Source: Thermoplasmata archaeon (GTDB lineage: Archaea; Thermoplasmatota; Thermoplasmata; Lutacidiplasmatales; UBA184). Taken from it: a stretch of DNA of 64,000 bases. Both the position numbers and the translations under genes were made by a program. Below the pieces are notes generated by a model. The model made no database searches. It saw nothing but the letters and a program-made list of their open reading frames with translations, and was not told where the DNA came from. Shown here piece after piece: positions 18,465 through 28,083 of this stretch (within the stretch, counting starts at the first letter, position 1; each line of letters begins with the position of its first letter). The stretch lies in assembly GCA_021828195.1 (NCBI GenBank), contig JAKASQ010000002.1, forward strand, positions 276,245-340,244. Direction: 5' to 3'.

Positions 18465-19811
18465 TCAGCGCGGCGAGGACTCGGTCCCGGTCCGTTTGGG
18501 GTGCTTGCCCTGCGAGAGCGCCTTCTCGCCGATGAACGGCAGCGGACGTAGGTGACGCGCTCCTCCCATCTCCTCGCGGAGCGCCTCAGGGATCTCGATG
18601 CGGCCGTCCGGCCCTTGGTAGTTCTCGAGGATCGCGATCACCAGCCGGGGGAGCGCCACTCCGGAGCCATTCAAGGTGTGCAGGTACTCCGGCTTCTGAG
18701 CCTGGGCCCGACGAAGGCGGATGTTCGTCCGGACGGACTGGTACGCCTCGAAGTTGGAGACCGAGCTCACCTCGAGCCAACGGGAGACCCCGGGGGCCCA
18801 GAGTTCGAGGTCGTAGCACTTGGCGGCCTTCTCGGGGAGGTCGCCGGCGCACAGGTTGAGGACGCGATACGGCAGGTCGAGTCCCCGAAGGACCGCCTCC
18901 GCTTCGCCCCGGAGCGTCTCGAGTTGCGCGTAGGAGTCCTCGGGCGTGCTGAAGTTGACGAGCTCGACCTTGTCGAACTGATGGACCCGGGCGATCCCTC
19001 GGGTCTCGACGCCGTGGCCCCCCGCCTCTCGGCGGAAGCACGGTGTATACGCCATGACCTTGTACGGTAGATCCTCCGGGAGCAGCACTTCGTCCCGGAA
19101 CAGGTTCGTGACCGGGACCTCCGCGGTCGGGGCCAACCACAGGTCATCGAGTTGGACCTGATAGGAGTCCTCGGCGAACTTCGGCAGCTGCCCCGTCCCC
19201 TGCATCGAGGTCGAGTTGATCAGAATGGGCGGGACGACCTCGACGTACCCGTGGGAGAGGTGGAGCTGGCGCATGTAGCGGATGAGCGCGTGTTCGAGGC
19301 GCGCGAGATCGCCCCAGAGGACGTAGAACCCTTCCCCGGCGACCTTGACCCCTCGTTGCTCGTCCAGGAGGTTGAGCTCGTGGCCCACATCGAAGTGCGG
19401 GCGCGGGGCCGAGGGAGCCGCACGACGCATCGCATGCTCCGCGACGACGACGTTCTCCGTCGCGTCCCGGCCCGGCGGGACCGAGGAGTGGGGGATCTGA
19501 GGAAGTCCGAGCAGGCCGGTTCGAAGGCGCTCTTCCAGGGACTCGCTCTTCGTTTCGAGTTCCCGGATCCGTTCCCGCAGTTGCCCGAACTCGGCGCGTC
19601 CGGCTTCCGCGACGTTCGCGGGGGCCGCGGGGGCCGGCCGGTGAGCCGCCGTGTTTCGTTGCGCGCGGAGGCGGTTGATGTCCTCTCCGAGCGATCGTCG
19701 CTCCCGGTCGAGTTCGAGCAAACGGTCGATCTCGCCGGGATCTCGGCCCCGGGCAACCAAACCGGCACGCAGCAGGTCCGGGTGTTCGCGGACGTAGGCC
19801 ATCGGGTACAT
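18465..19811 (-). CDS. serS: Seryl-tRNA synthetase
   Basis: N-terminal coiled-coil arm and class II core (motif 2 FRREAG, motif 3 GSGVALPR); start at MYPMAYVREHPDLL; the remaining 1034-aa ORF upstream is a shadow over the hef gene. Confidence 0.9.
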   Translation of the reverse strand: MYPMAYVREHPDLLRAGLVARGRDPGEIDRLLELDRERRSLGEDINRLRAQRNTAAHRPAPAAPANVAEAGRAEFGQLRERIRELETKSESLEERLRTGLLGLPQIPHSSVPPGRDATENVVVAEHAMRRAAPSAPRPHFDVGHELNLLDEQRGVKVAGEGFYVLWGDLARLEHALIRYMRQLHLSHGYVEVVPPILINSTSMQGTGQLPKFAEDSYQVQLDDLWLAPTAEVPVTNLFRDEVLLPEDLPYKVMAYTPCFRREAGGHGVETRGIARVHQFDKVELVNFSTPEDSYAQLETLRGEAEAVLRGLDLPYRVLNLCAGDLPEKAAKCYDLELWAPGVSRWLEVSSVSNFEAYQSVRTNIRLRRAQAQKPEYLHTLNGSGVALPRLVIAILENYQGPDGRIEIPEALREEMGGARHLRPLPFIGEKALSQGKHPKRTGTESSPR

Positions 19812-20051
19812 CGGTTCCACCCCGGTGAGCCCCGGAGCGATTAACGGTTGTCGTCGACCCGAGCCCCACGATGCGCTCGCACCGTCCTGGCGCCGATGTC
19901 GATTCTCGGCCGGAGCGAAGGCGCCGGGCGCGAGAGGCACCACCGCTATCTGAATGGGGCCCGTCCCGATCGTTGGGTCCCACGCGTGAGCCGCCAACGA
20001 TCGCTGGAGGAGTTCCGTACCGGGCCGGGGCCGCTCGTCCCTCCGGTGGCG

Positions 20052-21722
20052 ATGCGACGGCCCAAGTACGAGGGGTATCCCGAGATCTGGCCAGTCGAGA
20101 ACGGGAACATCGTCCACCCCTTCGTCCGATCCGGCACCCTTCGCGCGTTGCCCTTCCAGATCGATCTCGCGCGGATCGGACTCGAGGAAGACCTCCTGGT
20201 CGTGCTTCCGACCGGGCTCGGCAAGACCGTGATCGCCGCCTTGATCGCCTCCGAGGTCCTCCGGCGGACGGACGGCAAGGTTCTCTTTCTCGCCCCGACC
20301 CGTCCGCTCGTCCAACAGCACGCGGACTCCTTTGGGCGGTGGCTGGGCGAGACCCGACGCGCCCGATTCACGGGTACGGTCAAGCGTCCGATCCGCGAAG
20401 GCGCGTGGGAGAATAGCGACCTGGTCTTCGCGACACCCGAGATCATCCAGAACGACCTTGCGGCCGGCCGGTACGATCTCTCGGACGTCCAGCTGCTCGT
20501 CTTCGACGAGGCCCACCACGCAGTCGGCAAGTACGTCTACGTCCCGATCGCGGAGCGGTACCGGAAGGAACGCCCGAAGGGAGGCCGCGTCCTCGGTCTG
20601 ACCGCGTCCCCCGGGGGCAAGGACGAGCGGATCGAGGAGGTCGTCGCCGCTCTCGGGGTCGCAAGGATCGAGGCCCGCAGCCGAGAGGACGACGGGGTCC
20701 GCGAGTACGTGCAGGAGATCGACGTCGAGTACCGTTGGGTCGACCTGACACCGGAGGTTCGCGAGATCCGAGATCGCCTCCGGGACGCCTCCCACGAGAC
20801 GGCGCGACGACTGCAACGACTCGGGTACCTTCGCCAGAAGCCGATCCCTTCGTTGACCGTCAAGGATCTGATCGCCCTGCGGGCCGAGATCTTCGCCCGC
20901 CCGGGGCCGATGGTGCGCAAGTTCGGCCCGCTCTATCACCAGCTCATCCTCCTCCACCTCTTTCACGCCGAAGAGCGACTCGAGACCCAGGGCGTGGAAC
21001 CGTTCCTCCAGTACCTCGACCGCCTCGCGGCGAAAGAGAAGCCGAGTCGAGGCGACCGTGCGGTGCTGGCACTCCCCGGCATCGCGGAGGCCCGCCGGCG
21101 GGCCGAGGACTACCTGCGGAGTGGGTGCGAAGCGTCCCACCCCAAGCTCGACGCGCTCGTCGAGCTCGTCCGCGAACAACTGGCTCGTCCTCAGGAGCAT
21201 CGACCCCGCATCCTCATCTTTGCCCAATACCGCGACACGATCCAAGGGGTCCAGTCGATCCTGGAGGCCCAGAGCTGGAAGGTAGGCCGGTTCGTGGGCC
21301 AGGCCACGCGGGACGCGTCGGACCCGGGGATGAACCAGGTCGAGCAGGCCCAGATCCTGGGCGCGTTCCGGGCCGGAGCGTTCCCGATCATGGTCGCCAG
21401 CAGTGTCGCGGAAGAAGGGCTGGACGTCCCCGACGTCGATCTCGTCGTGTTCTTCGAGTCGATCCCGAGCGAGATCCGGGCGATCCAGCGCCGAGGGCGA
21501 ACGGGACGCACTTCGACCGGGCGCGTCGTGGTCCTCCTCACGCGAGACACCCGAGACGTCCGACATCAAGCCGCCGAGGTCCGCCGCGAGCGATCGATGC
21601 GCCGGATCGTCCGCAAGCTTTCCGCTGCCTCAAAGATGCGGGGCGCGGCGGGGTTGGCCGAGCAGGCGCGCACGCGCCGGGCCCCTCGCCGAAAACGGGC
21701 GCGCACGCCGCCCGCCTCTTAA
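20052..21722 (+). CDS. hef: Hef/FANCM-like SF2 helicase (helicase core only)
   Basis: Walker A PTGLGKT, DEAH box (FDEAHHAV), motif VI QRRGRTGR; no ERCC4/XPF nuclease or HhH2 domain at C-terminus; start taken at MRRPKYEGYPEIW. Confidence 0.8.
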   Translation: MRRPKYEGYPEIWPVENGNIVHPFVRSGTLRALPFQIDLARIGLEEDLLVVLPTGLGKTVIAALIASEVLRRTDGKVLFLAPTRPLVQQHADSFGRWLGETRRARFTGTVKRPIREGAWENSDLVFATPEIIQNDLAAGRYDLSDVQLLVFDEAHHAVGKYVYVPIAERYRKERPKGGRVLGLTASPGGKDERIEEVVAALGVARIEARSREDDGVREYVQEIDVEYRWVDLTPEVREIRDRLRDASHETARRLQRLGYLRQKPIPSLTVKDLIALRAEIFARPGPMVRKFGPLYHQLILLHLFHAEERLETQGVEPFLQYLDRLAAKEKPSRGDRAVLALPGIAEARRRAEDYLRSGCEASHPKLDALVELVREQLARPQEHRPRILIFAQYRDTIQGVQSILEAQSWKVGRFVGQATRDASDPGMNQVEQAQILGAFRAGAFPIMVASSVAEEGLDVPDVDLVVFFESIPSEIRAIQRRGRTGRTSTGRVVVLLTRDTRDVRHQAAEVRRERSMRRIVRKLSAASKMRGAAGLAEQARTRRAPRRKRARTPPAS

Positions 21723-21752
21723 GCTAGGGCCCGAGGCCGGTCGAGTGCTGAA

Positions 21753-21759
21753 TTTATAT
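21753..21759 (+). promoter_or_regulatory. TATA-box-like element (TTTATAT) upstream of kdpF
   Basis: Isolated AT-rich heptamer in GC-rich DNA, ~36-42 nt upstream of the kdpF ATG. Confidence 0.4.
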
Positions 21760-21794
21760 CGCGCGCCCGGGGTTCCTCGTCCCGGTTGGCGCTC

Positions 21795-21908
21795 ATGGAC
21801 CTGCTCGGCGATATCACCGCCAATCTCGGCATGGTGGTATTCACGGGCCTCTCGTTCCTGCTCATCGCCTATCTCGTCCTCTGGATGATCCATCCAGAGT
21901 CGGACTGA
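21795..21908 (+). CDS. kdpF: K+-transporting ATPase subunit F (small single-TM peptide)
   Basis: 37-aa ORF MDLLGDITANLGMVVFTGLSFLLIAYLVLWMIHPESD ending 10 nt before kdpA; absent from the ORF track because <60 aa. Confidence 0.55.
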   Translation: MDLLGDITANLGMVVFTGLSFLLIAYLVLWMIHPESD

Positions 21909-21918
21909 TCGGAGTACC

Positions 21919-23625
21919 GTGTTCGATCCGCGGAGTCTGATTGACGTAGTCCTGGTACTCGTAGTCGTCCTCCTGATGGCGCCGTTCTTCGGGCGCTATC
22001 TGGGGCGGGTGTTCACCGATCGACCTGCGTTCGGGGACCGGTTCTGGAACCCGATCGAGCATCAGCTCTTCCGGCTCATCGGTACCAATCCTCGGCACTC
22101 GATGCGGTTCAAGGAGTACACGCTCGCCCTCCTCGTCACGAGCGCGGCGATCGTGCTGTGGATCTTCGCACTGATGGTCTTCCAATCCTCCCTGCCTTGG
22201 AACCCCAACGGGATCCCGGGGATGTCGTGGGATCTCGCCCTTCATACGGCCTCCTCCTTCACTACCAACACCGACTTCACCCATTTTGTCGCGGAATCGC
22301 AACTGAGCCTCGGTGGTGCGATCCTGGGACTCCAGATCGCGCTGTTCCTCTCCGCCGGGACCGGCCTCGCGGTGGTGGTCGCGTTCATCCGGGGGTTCAC
22401 GCGCCAGGACGGCACGCTCGGCAACTTCTACGTCGATCTCGTTCGCGCCGTCACGCGGGTCCTGCTCCCGATGGCGATCCTCGGCGCGCTCGTTCTGGTC
22501 GCGATGGGGCTCCCCCAGACGTTCACGAGCTCCGTCACGGCGTATCCCATGACGGGCGGCGTCCAGACGATCTACCTCGGTCCGGTCGCCTCCTGGACAT
22601 CGATCGAGATGCTGGGCACGAACGGGGGAGGATGGTACGCGGCCAATGCCGCGAACCAGCTCGCCAACCCGACGGTCCTCTCGATGCTCTTCCAGACGGG
22701 GCTGATGCTCCTCATCCCGTTCTCGCTCCCGTTCATGTTCGGCCAGATGGTCCGCAAGCCGAACGAAGCGAACCCGTACATCGCAACGATCCTGATCGTT
22801 TTCCTGGTCGCGCTCGGGCTGTTCATGTACTTCCAGTATATCGGGAACCCCGCGCTCGGCGCGCTCCCGGGAGTGACGATTTCGGGGAACTACCCGATCG
22901 GGCAACAGTCGCTGGGAACCTTACCGGAGACCTCGTTCTTCCAGGTCTCTTCGATCTATGCCAACGTGGGCGCTCAGGAGATGGCCCTCGGGTCGATCAC
23001 GCCGGGCGCCCAGATGGTGTCGTTCTTCGGCATGTTCACGCAGAGCACCCCCGGCGGGGTGGGGACCGGATTCGGAGTTCTCCTCGTATTCTCCCTGGTC
23101 GCGGTGTTCATCGGCGGCCTGATGGTGGGCCGGACCCCGGAATACCTCGGCAAGAGGGTCGGCAAGGACCAGATGCGTTGGTCGGCGTTCCTCCTCATCA
23201 GTCACCCGGCGGTGATCCTCGTGCCCGTCGTGGTCGTGTTCTTGGCCGGGCTCTCGATCCCGGCGCTCGGAGCGGTCCGGCCCAACCTGCAGGTGAACGC
23301 CCACCAGTTCTCGATCCTGCTGTACGAGTTCACGAGCGAGGGCGCGAACAACGGCAGCGCGATGGGCCCGATCCTCGACAATACGATGTTCTTCAATCTC
23401 GCCGGCGCGGCGGTCATGCTCGTCGGCCGGTTCTTCCCTATGATCGCGATGCTCGCGATCGGGTCGCTGTTCTCCCGCGAGGAGCCAATCCCCGCTTCGA
23501 CGGGAACGCTCCAGACGAACAGCTTCACGTTCACCCTGTACCTCACGATGCTGCTGATCATCGTATCCGGGCTGCTGTTCCTGCCTGTGATCGCGCTCGG
23601 ACCGCTCTCCCAGGTCGGAGGCTAG
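21919..23625 (+). CDS. kdpA: Potassium-transporting ATPase subunit A
   Basis: Full-length KdpA, 10-TM pattern with selectivity-filter-like GTNGGG; GTG start. Confidence 0.95.
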   Translation: MFDPRSLIDVVLVLVVVLLMAPFFGRYLGRVFTDRPAFGDRFWNPIEHQLFRLIGTNPRHSMRFKEYTLALLVTSAAIVLWIFALMVFQSSLPWNPNGIPGMSWDLALHTASSFTTNTDFTHFVAESQLSLGGAILGLQIALFLSAGTGLAVVVAFIRGFTRQDGTLGNFYVDLVRAVTRVLLPMAILGALVLVAMGLPQTFTSSVTAYPMTGGVQTIYLGPVASWTSIEMLGTNGGGWYAANAANQLANPTVLSMLFQTGLMLLIPFSLPFMFGQMVRKPNEANPYIATILIVFLVALGLFMYFQYIGNPALGALPGVTISGNYPIGQQSLGTLPETSFFQVSSIYANVGAQEMALGSITPGAQMVSFFGMFTQSTPGGVGTGFGVLLVFSLVAVFIGGLMVGRTPEYLGKRVGKDQMRWSAFLLISHPAVILVPVVVVFLAGLSIPALGAVRPNLQVNAHQFSILLYEFTSEGANNGSAMGPILDNTMFFNLAGAAVMLVGRFFPMIAMLAIGSLFSREEPIPASTGTLQTNSFTFTLYLTMLLIIVSGLLFLPVIALGPLSQVGG

Positions 23626-23626
23626 C

Positions 23627-25780
23627 ATGATCGAGCCCACGATGGAGGAGATCGCAGCGAGCTCCGCCACCGCCGCTGCCCCGGCGGCCCGGAGAGCCCC
23701 CCACACCTCCTGGCGCCGCGTGCTGAGCGACTCGTTCCGCTACTTCGATCCCCGACGCGAGATCCGCCACCCGGTCATGTTCGTCGTCTGGGTGTTCTTC
23801 GTCTTCCTCGCGATCCTCACGGCCTTCCCGCGAGCGTTCCCGGACGTGGCGGCGACCTACAGCGCGGGCTACTACTTCGCTCTGACCGTCATCCTGTTCC
23901 TCACGCTCTGGTTCGGTCACCTCGCCGAAGCGATCGCCGAGGCGCGCGGCCGCGCCCAGGCGGAGAGCCTGCGCCAGATCCGCAGTGGCATGCGCGCGCG
24001 CCAGCTCCTCCCGGACCAAACGACCCGCTGGGTGCCCTCCGACGCGCTCCACATCGGGGACTTGGTCGTCATCGAGGCCTCCGAGGTCGTCCCCCTGGAC
24101 GGTGACGTGGTCCGTGGCGCCGCGCTCATCGACGAATCGATGATGACGGGCGAATCGGCGCCCGCAATCCGAGAGAGCGGAGGCGACCGGACGAGCGTGC
24201 TCGGCGGGACTCGCATCGTTCAGGGCACCGTGACCGTCCGCATCTCGGCCAGCGTCGGGCACTCCTTCCTCGACCGCTTGATCGGGCTGGTCGAGAACGC
24301 CGGGCGCGAACCGACCCCGAACGAGCTCGCGCTCGGCGTCCTTCTCGCCTCGCTCACCGCCGTCCTGCTCGTGGTCATCGTGACATTCGCGGACCTGTCC
24401 GGGCCGTCCGGCGTCGTGACGATCAGCGTCGCGACGATCCTCGCGCTGTTCGTCGCGCTGATGCCCACCACGATCGGAGCGCTCCTGCCGGCCATCGGAA
24501 TCTCGGGGATCAACCGGGTCGCAAAGGCGAACGTGATCGCAAAGTCGGGAACGGCCATCGAGGCCGCCGGCGATCTCGACGTCCTGATCCTGGACAAGAC
24601 CGGGACAGTCACCGTCGGAAACCGACTCGCGGTCCAGTTCATCCCCGCTCCCGGGGTCGACCCGGGCGAACTGGCTTCCGCGGCGCTCCTCTCTTCGAGC
24701 CTCGACGACACCCCGGAGGGTCGCTCGATCGTGCGCCTCGCCGCGCGGCGCGGGGCGACGGCGCCCCGCCTCGAGCCCGGAAGCTACCAGGTATTGGTCT
24801 TCACGGCGGAACGCCGCATGAGCGGGCTCACCCTGAAGGGGGGCCAGGAGATCTTCAAGGGATCGATCGATTCGATGGAGGCCTACGGCGCGGTGATGCC
24901 GCCGGAGCTGCGCGATGCGGCCCGAGAACAGTCGCGCTTGGGAATGACCCCGCTCGTCATCTCGGAGAACCGTCGCCCGCTCGGGATCGTCGCGCTCAAG
25001 GACGTCGTCAAGCCCGGCATCAAGGACCGCATCCACGAGCTGAAGACGATGGGGATCCGCACGATCATGTGCACGGGCGACAACCGGATCACCGCCGCGG
25101 CGATCGCCCGAGAGAGCGGGGTCGATGAGTTCATCGCCGAAGCGAAGCCCGAGACAAAGCTCCAGATCATCGAACGGGAGAAGGCCCAGGGTCGCCTGGT
25201 GGCGATGAGCGGGGACGGCTCGAACGATGCTCCGGCGCTCGCGCGGGCCGACGTGGGCCTCGCGATGAACAGCGGGACGAGCGCGGCGAAGGAGGCCGGC
25301 AACATGGTCGACCTCGACAACGATCCGACGAAGCTCATCGAGATCGTGTCGATCGGCAAGCAGCTCCTGATCACCCGCGGCGCCCTAACGACCTTCACGA
25401 TCACCAACGACGTCGCGAAGTACTTCGCGATCCTGCCCGCGATCTTCGTGACCGCGTCCGGAGCCGCGATCGCCGGGGTGGCGTCGCTCAACGTCCTCGG
25501 CCTCACCAACCCGGGCATCGCCGTGATCGCGACGCTGTTCTTCAACGCGATCGTGATTCCCTTGCTGATCCCGCTCGCGCTGTTCGGCGTGGGGTTCCGG
25601 CCGCGCCCGGCCATCGACCTCCTGCGCCGGAACCTGCTCATCTACGGCCTCGGGGGCCTCGTGAGCGCGTTCGCGGGGATCTGGCTCGTCTACCAGCTCT
25701 TCATCTGGGCCGCCGCCACCCCGCTCGTCGGCGGGATCGGCGCCACGCTCTCCCACATCCTACCGCTCGGAGGTCTGTAG
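23627..25780 (+). CDS. kdpB: Potassium-transporting ATPase subunit B (P-type ATPase)
   Basis: DKTGTVT phosphorylation motif, TGDN, GDGSNDAPAL. Confidence 0.95.
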   Translation: MIEPTMEEIAASSATAAAPAARRAPHTSWRRVLSDSFRYFDPRREIRHPVMFVVWVFFVFLAILTAFPRAFPDVAATYSAGYYFALTVILFLTLWFGHLAEAIAEARGRAQAESLRQIRSGMRARQLLPDQTTRWVPSDALHIGDLVVIEASEVVPLDGDVVRGAALIDESMMTGESAPAIRESGGDRTSVLGGTRIVQGTVTVRISASVGHSFLDRLIGLVENAGREPTPNELALGVLLASLTAVLLVVIVTFADLSGPSGVVTISVATILALFVALMPTTIGALLPAIGISGINRVAKANVIAKSGTAIEAAGDLDVLILDKTGTVTVGNRLAVQFIPAPGVDPGELASAALLSSSLDDTPEGRSIVRLAARRGATAPRLEPGSYQVLVFTAERRMSGLTLKGGQEIFKGSIDSMEAYGAVMPPELRDAAREQSRLGMTPLVISENRRPLGIVALKDVVKPGIKDRIHELKTMGIRTIMCTGDNRITAAAIARESGVDEFIAEAKPETKLQIIEREKAQGRLVAMSGDGSNDAPALARADVGLAMNSGTSAAKEAGNMVDLDNDPTKLIEIVSIGKQLLITRGALTTFTITNDVAKYFAILPAIFVTASGAAIAGVASLNVLGLTNPGIAVIATLFFNAIVIPLLIPLALFGVGFRPRPAIDLLRRNLLIYGLGGLVSAFAGIWLVYQLFIWAAATPLVGGIGATLSHILPLGGL

Positions 25781-25783
25781 ACC

Positions 25784-26458
25784 ATGTCCGGAGCGCTCGG
25801 GCCGCCCGCGCGATCGAGCGAACCCGCCTCCCCGAGCCGCGGGGCGAGCGCGTCCCCGGCCGATGCGCCCCAGCGGATGCGCTCGCACGTTCGAGCGGCG
25901 GTGGTGATCGTCGTCCTCGCCGTCGTGGTCGTGGGGCTCGGCTACCCGGCGCTGTTGACGGGGGTCGCGGACCTCATTTCCCCCGGGACTGCCGGGGGAT
26001 CGCTCTTGCACGCCACGAACGGGACCGTCGTCGGCTCGTCGCTCGTTGGCCAGAACTTCAGCCGTCCGTACCTGTTCTGGGACCGGCCCTCGACAAACGA
26101 TTACAGTACGACCCTGGGGTACGAGACCCCACCCGGGCCGACCGACCCGGCGCTCCGCGCTTTGCTGAACGAAACTATTGCCTACATGAAGCAGTATGGG
26201 AACCTCACCGTGAACGCCTCGATCCCCCTCGTGCTGGTCAGCCCGTCGTACTCGGGCTTCGACCCGTACCTGACCCCCGAGGCGGTCCTGGTCCAGGTCC
26301 CCCGCGTCGCCAACGCGACGGGCGAGTCGATCGCGAGCGTGACCGCGTTCGTCAACTCCTACATCACCCCGCCGCTGTTCGGATTCATCGGACCGGCCTA
26401 TGTCAACGTCGTGAACCTCGACTACGCCCTCGTCGCCTGGACGGGAGTGGGACCCTAG
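25784..26458 (+). CDS. kdpC: Potassium-transporting ATPase subunit C
   Basis: Single N-terminal TM and the KdpC periplasmic domain (SSLVGQNFSRPYLFWDRPS). Confidence 0.9.
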   Translation: MSGALGPPARSSEPASPSRGASASPADAPQRMRSHVRAAVVIVVLAVVVVGLGYPALLTGVADLISPGTAGGSLLHATNGTVVGSSLVGQNFSRPYLFWDRPSTNDYSTTLGYETPPGPTDPALRALLNETIAYMKQYGNLTVNASIPLVLVSPSYSGFDPYLTPEAVLVQVPRVANATGESIASVTAFVNSYITPPLFGFIGPAYVNVVNLDYALVAWTGVGP

Positions 26459-26460
26459 CG

Positions 26461-27264
26461 ATGTACCGGCACATCCTCGTCCCCGTCCGTTCCCCGCCCG
26501 AGGTCGAGCCGATGATCCGCTTCGCGGCCTCGCTGTTGGATGCGGACGGAGAGATTCGCATGCTGCACGTCATCCCGACGACCACGATGCCGCAGGTGAC
26601 CCGGGAGTGGCGAGCCTCGGTCAACCTCGTGATCCCGGCCCACGAGACGGCGGCCTCGCTCGACGTCCGGGTCGAACCCGAGATCCGCGCCAGCGTGGAC
26701 GTACCGGCCGAGATTCTCGAGAGCGCCGAGGCGCACTCCGCCGACGCGATCCTGCTCAGCCTCGGCGGCGACCGGCGCAGCCGCAATCCGTTCGTGGGGC
26801 ACACCGCGAGCGCGATCCTGCACTATGCCTCCGCCGACATCCTCGTGATCAACCGGCTCGCCCTCGCCACGCCCAAGATCCCGAGGATCCTCGTGCCCAC
26901 GCTCGTCGGGCGCACTCCGCCCAAGGCGATGCGCCTCGCCGAGGAGATCTCGATCCACAACGGCGGCGTGCCCATCGTCACGCTCGACATCGGTCCGTCC
27001 TCGCGATCCGACGAGGGCGAAAGTGACCACACCGCCCGAGGGGTCCCGATCCTCCACCGTCATTCCACGGTCAGCGAGGCGCTCCTCGGACGCCGCAAGC
27101 ACACCGCCGAGCTGATCCTCCAGGGCGCCGCACGAGAGCGCTACGGCCTGTTGCTCGTGGGGGAAGATTCCCACAGCGTGAGCCACGCCCCGTTCCTGAC
27201 CCGACCGTTCCTCGAAGAGCTGTTCCGGTCGGCGCCGTGCCCCGTGGTGGCCATCCGCGGCTAG
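26461..27264 (+). CDS. Tandem universal stress protein (UspA-domain x2), KdpQ-like
   Basis: Two Usp-like halves (HILVPV ... ADAILLSLGG; RILVPT ... GLLLVGED); sits directly after kdpC where kdpD/kdpQ is usually found. Confidence 0.7.
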   Translation: MYRHILVPVRSPPEVEPMIRFAASLLDADGEIRMLHVIPTTTMPQVTREWRASVNLVIPAHETAASLDVRVEPEIRASVDVPAEILESAEAHSADAILLSLGGDRRSRNPFVGHTASAILHYASADILVINRLALATPKIPRILVPTLVGRTPPKAMRLAEEISIHNGGVPIVTLDIGPSSRSDEGESDHTARGVPILHRHSTVSEALLGRRKHTAELILQGAARERYGLLLVGEDSHSVSHAPFLTRPFLEELFRSAPCPVVAIRG

Positions 27265-27282
27265 CCTCCTGGGTCCCCGGCG

Positions 27283-28068
27283 ATGGCGGAGCTGTGGTTC
27301 GTCGGCCTCGGCCTCGGGGACGAGCGGGATCTCTCGCGTCGCGGCGCGGAAGCGCTGCGCCGGTGCGAGCGCATCTTCGCGGAGGAGTACACGGCCATCC
27401 TCGAAGCCGGAGCCCTCGATCGCCTCGCGCAGGAGATCGGCCACCGCATCGAGCGCCTCGGGCGGACGGACGTCGAATCCGAGCGCACGATCCTGGACGC
27501 CCTTGCCCGCTCCGAGCGGGTCGGGTTCGTGACGGCCGGCGATCCGTTCGCCGCCACGACGCACGTCGCGCTGCGCCTGGCCGCGGAGCGCGCCGGCCAC
27601 ACCTGGCGATACGTGCCCAACGCCTCCATCTTTACCGCGGCCCCGGGATTCCTCGGCCTGATGGCCTACCGGTTCGGCCGGACGGTCTCCCTGCCGTTCC
27701 CGGCCCCGGGGTTCGCGCCGACCTCGCCGGTGGCCGAGATCGGCAAGAATCGCTCGATCGGCGCGCACACGCTGGTGCTGCTGGATCTGCACCCGTCGGA
27801 GGGACGGTTCCTCGAGGCGGGCGAAGCGATCCGCATTCTCCTCGAGCGCGATCCGGAGCGCGTGGGAATCGCTGCGGACCGGGAGATCGCGGTCGTCGCG
27901 AGGATCGGAAGCGATACGGCCGACGCGTGGGTCGGGCCGGCGCTCGAGTTGGCCGGGACCGAGTTCGGCCCACCGCTGCACGCACTCGTGATCCTGGCGC
28001 CCGAGCTCCACTTCGCCGAGAACGAGGCCCTCGCCCGGTTCCGGCGCTCGGCCGCGGTGAGCTCGTAG
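27283..28068 (+). CDS. dph5: Diphthine synthase
   Basis: Tetrapyrrole-methylase fold with strong similarity to archaeal Dph5 (FVGLGLGDERDLS ... VTAGDPFAATTHVALRLAA ... AHTLVLLD). Confidence 0.85.
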   Translation: MAELWFVGLGLGDERDLSRRGAEALRRCERIFAEEYTAILEAGALDRLAQEIGHRIERLGRTDVESERTILDALARSERVGFVTAGDPFAATTHVALRLAAERAGHTWRYVPNASIFTAAPGFLGLMAYRFGRTVSLPFPAPGFAPTSPVAEIGKNRSIGAHTLVLLDLHPSEGRFLEAGEAIRILLERDPERVGIAADREIAVVARIGSDTADAWVGPALELAGTEFGPPLHALVILAPELHFAENEALARFRRSAAVSS

Positions 28069-28083
28069 GAGCGGCGGGCCCGG

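Noticed and set aside
19812-21569. Upstream 586 aa of the 1034-aa minus-strand ORF containing serS
   Set aside because: Antisense shadow of the hef helicase gene. SerRS homology begins only at MYPMAYVREHPDLL.
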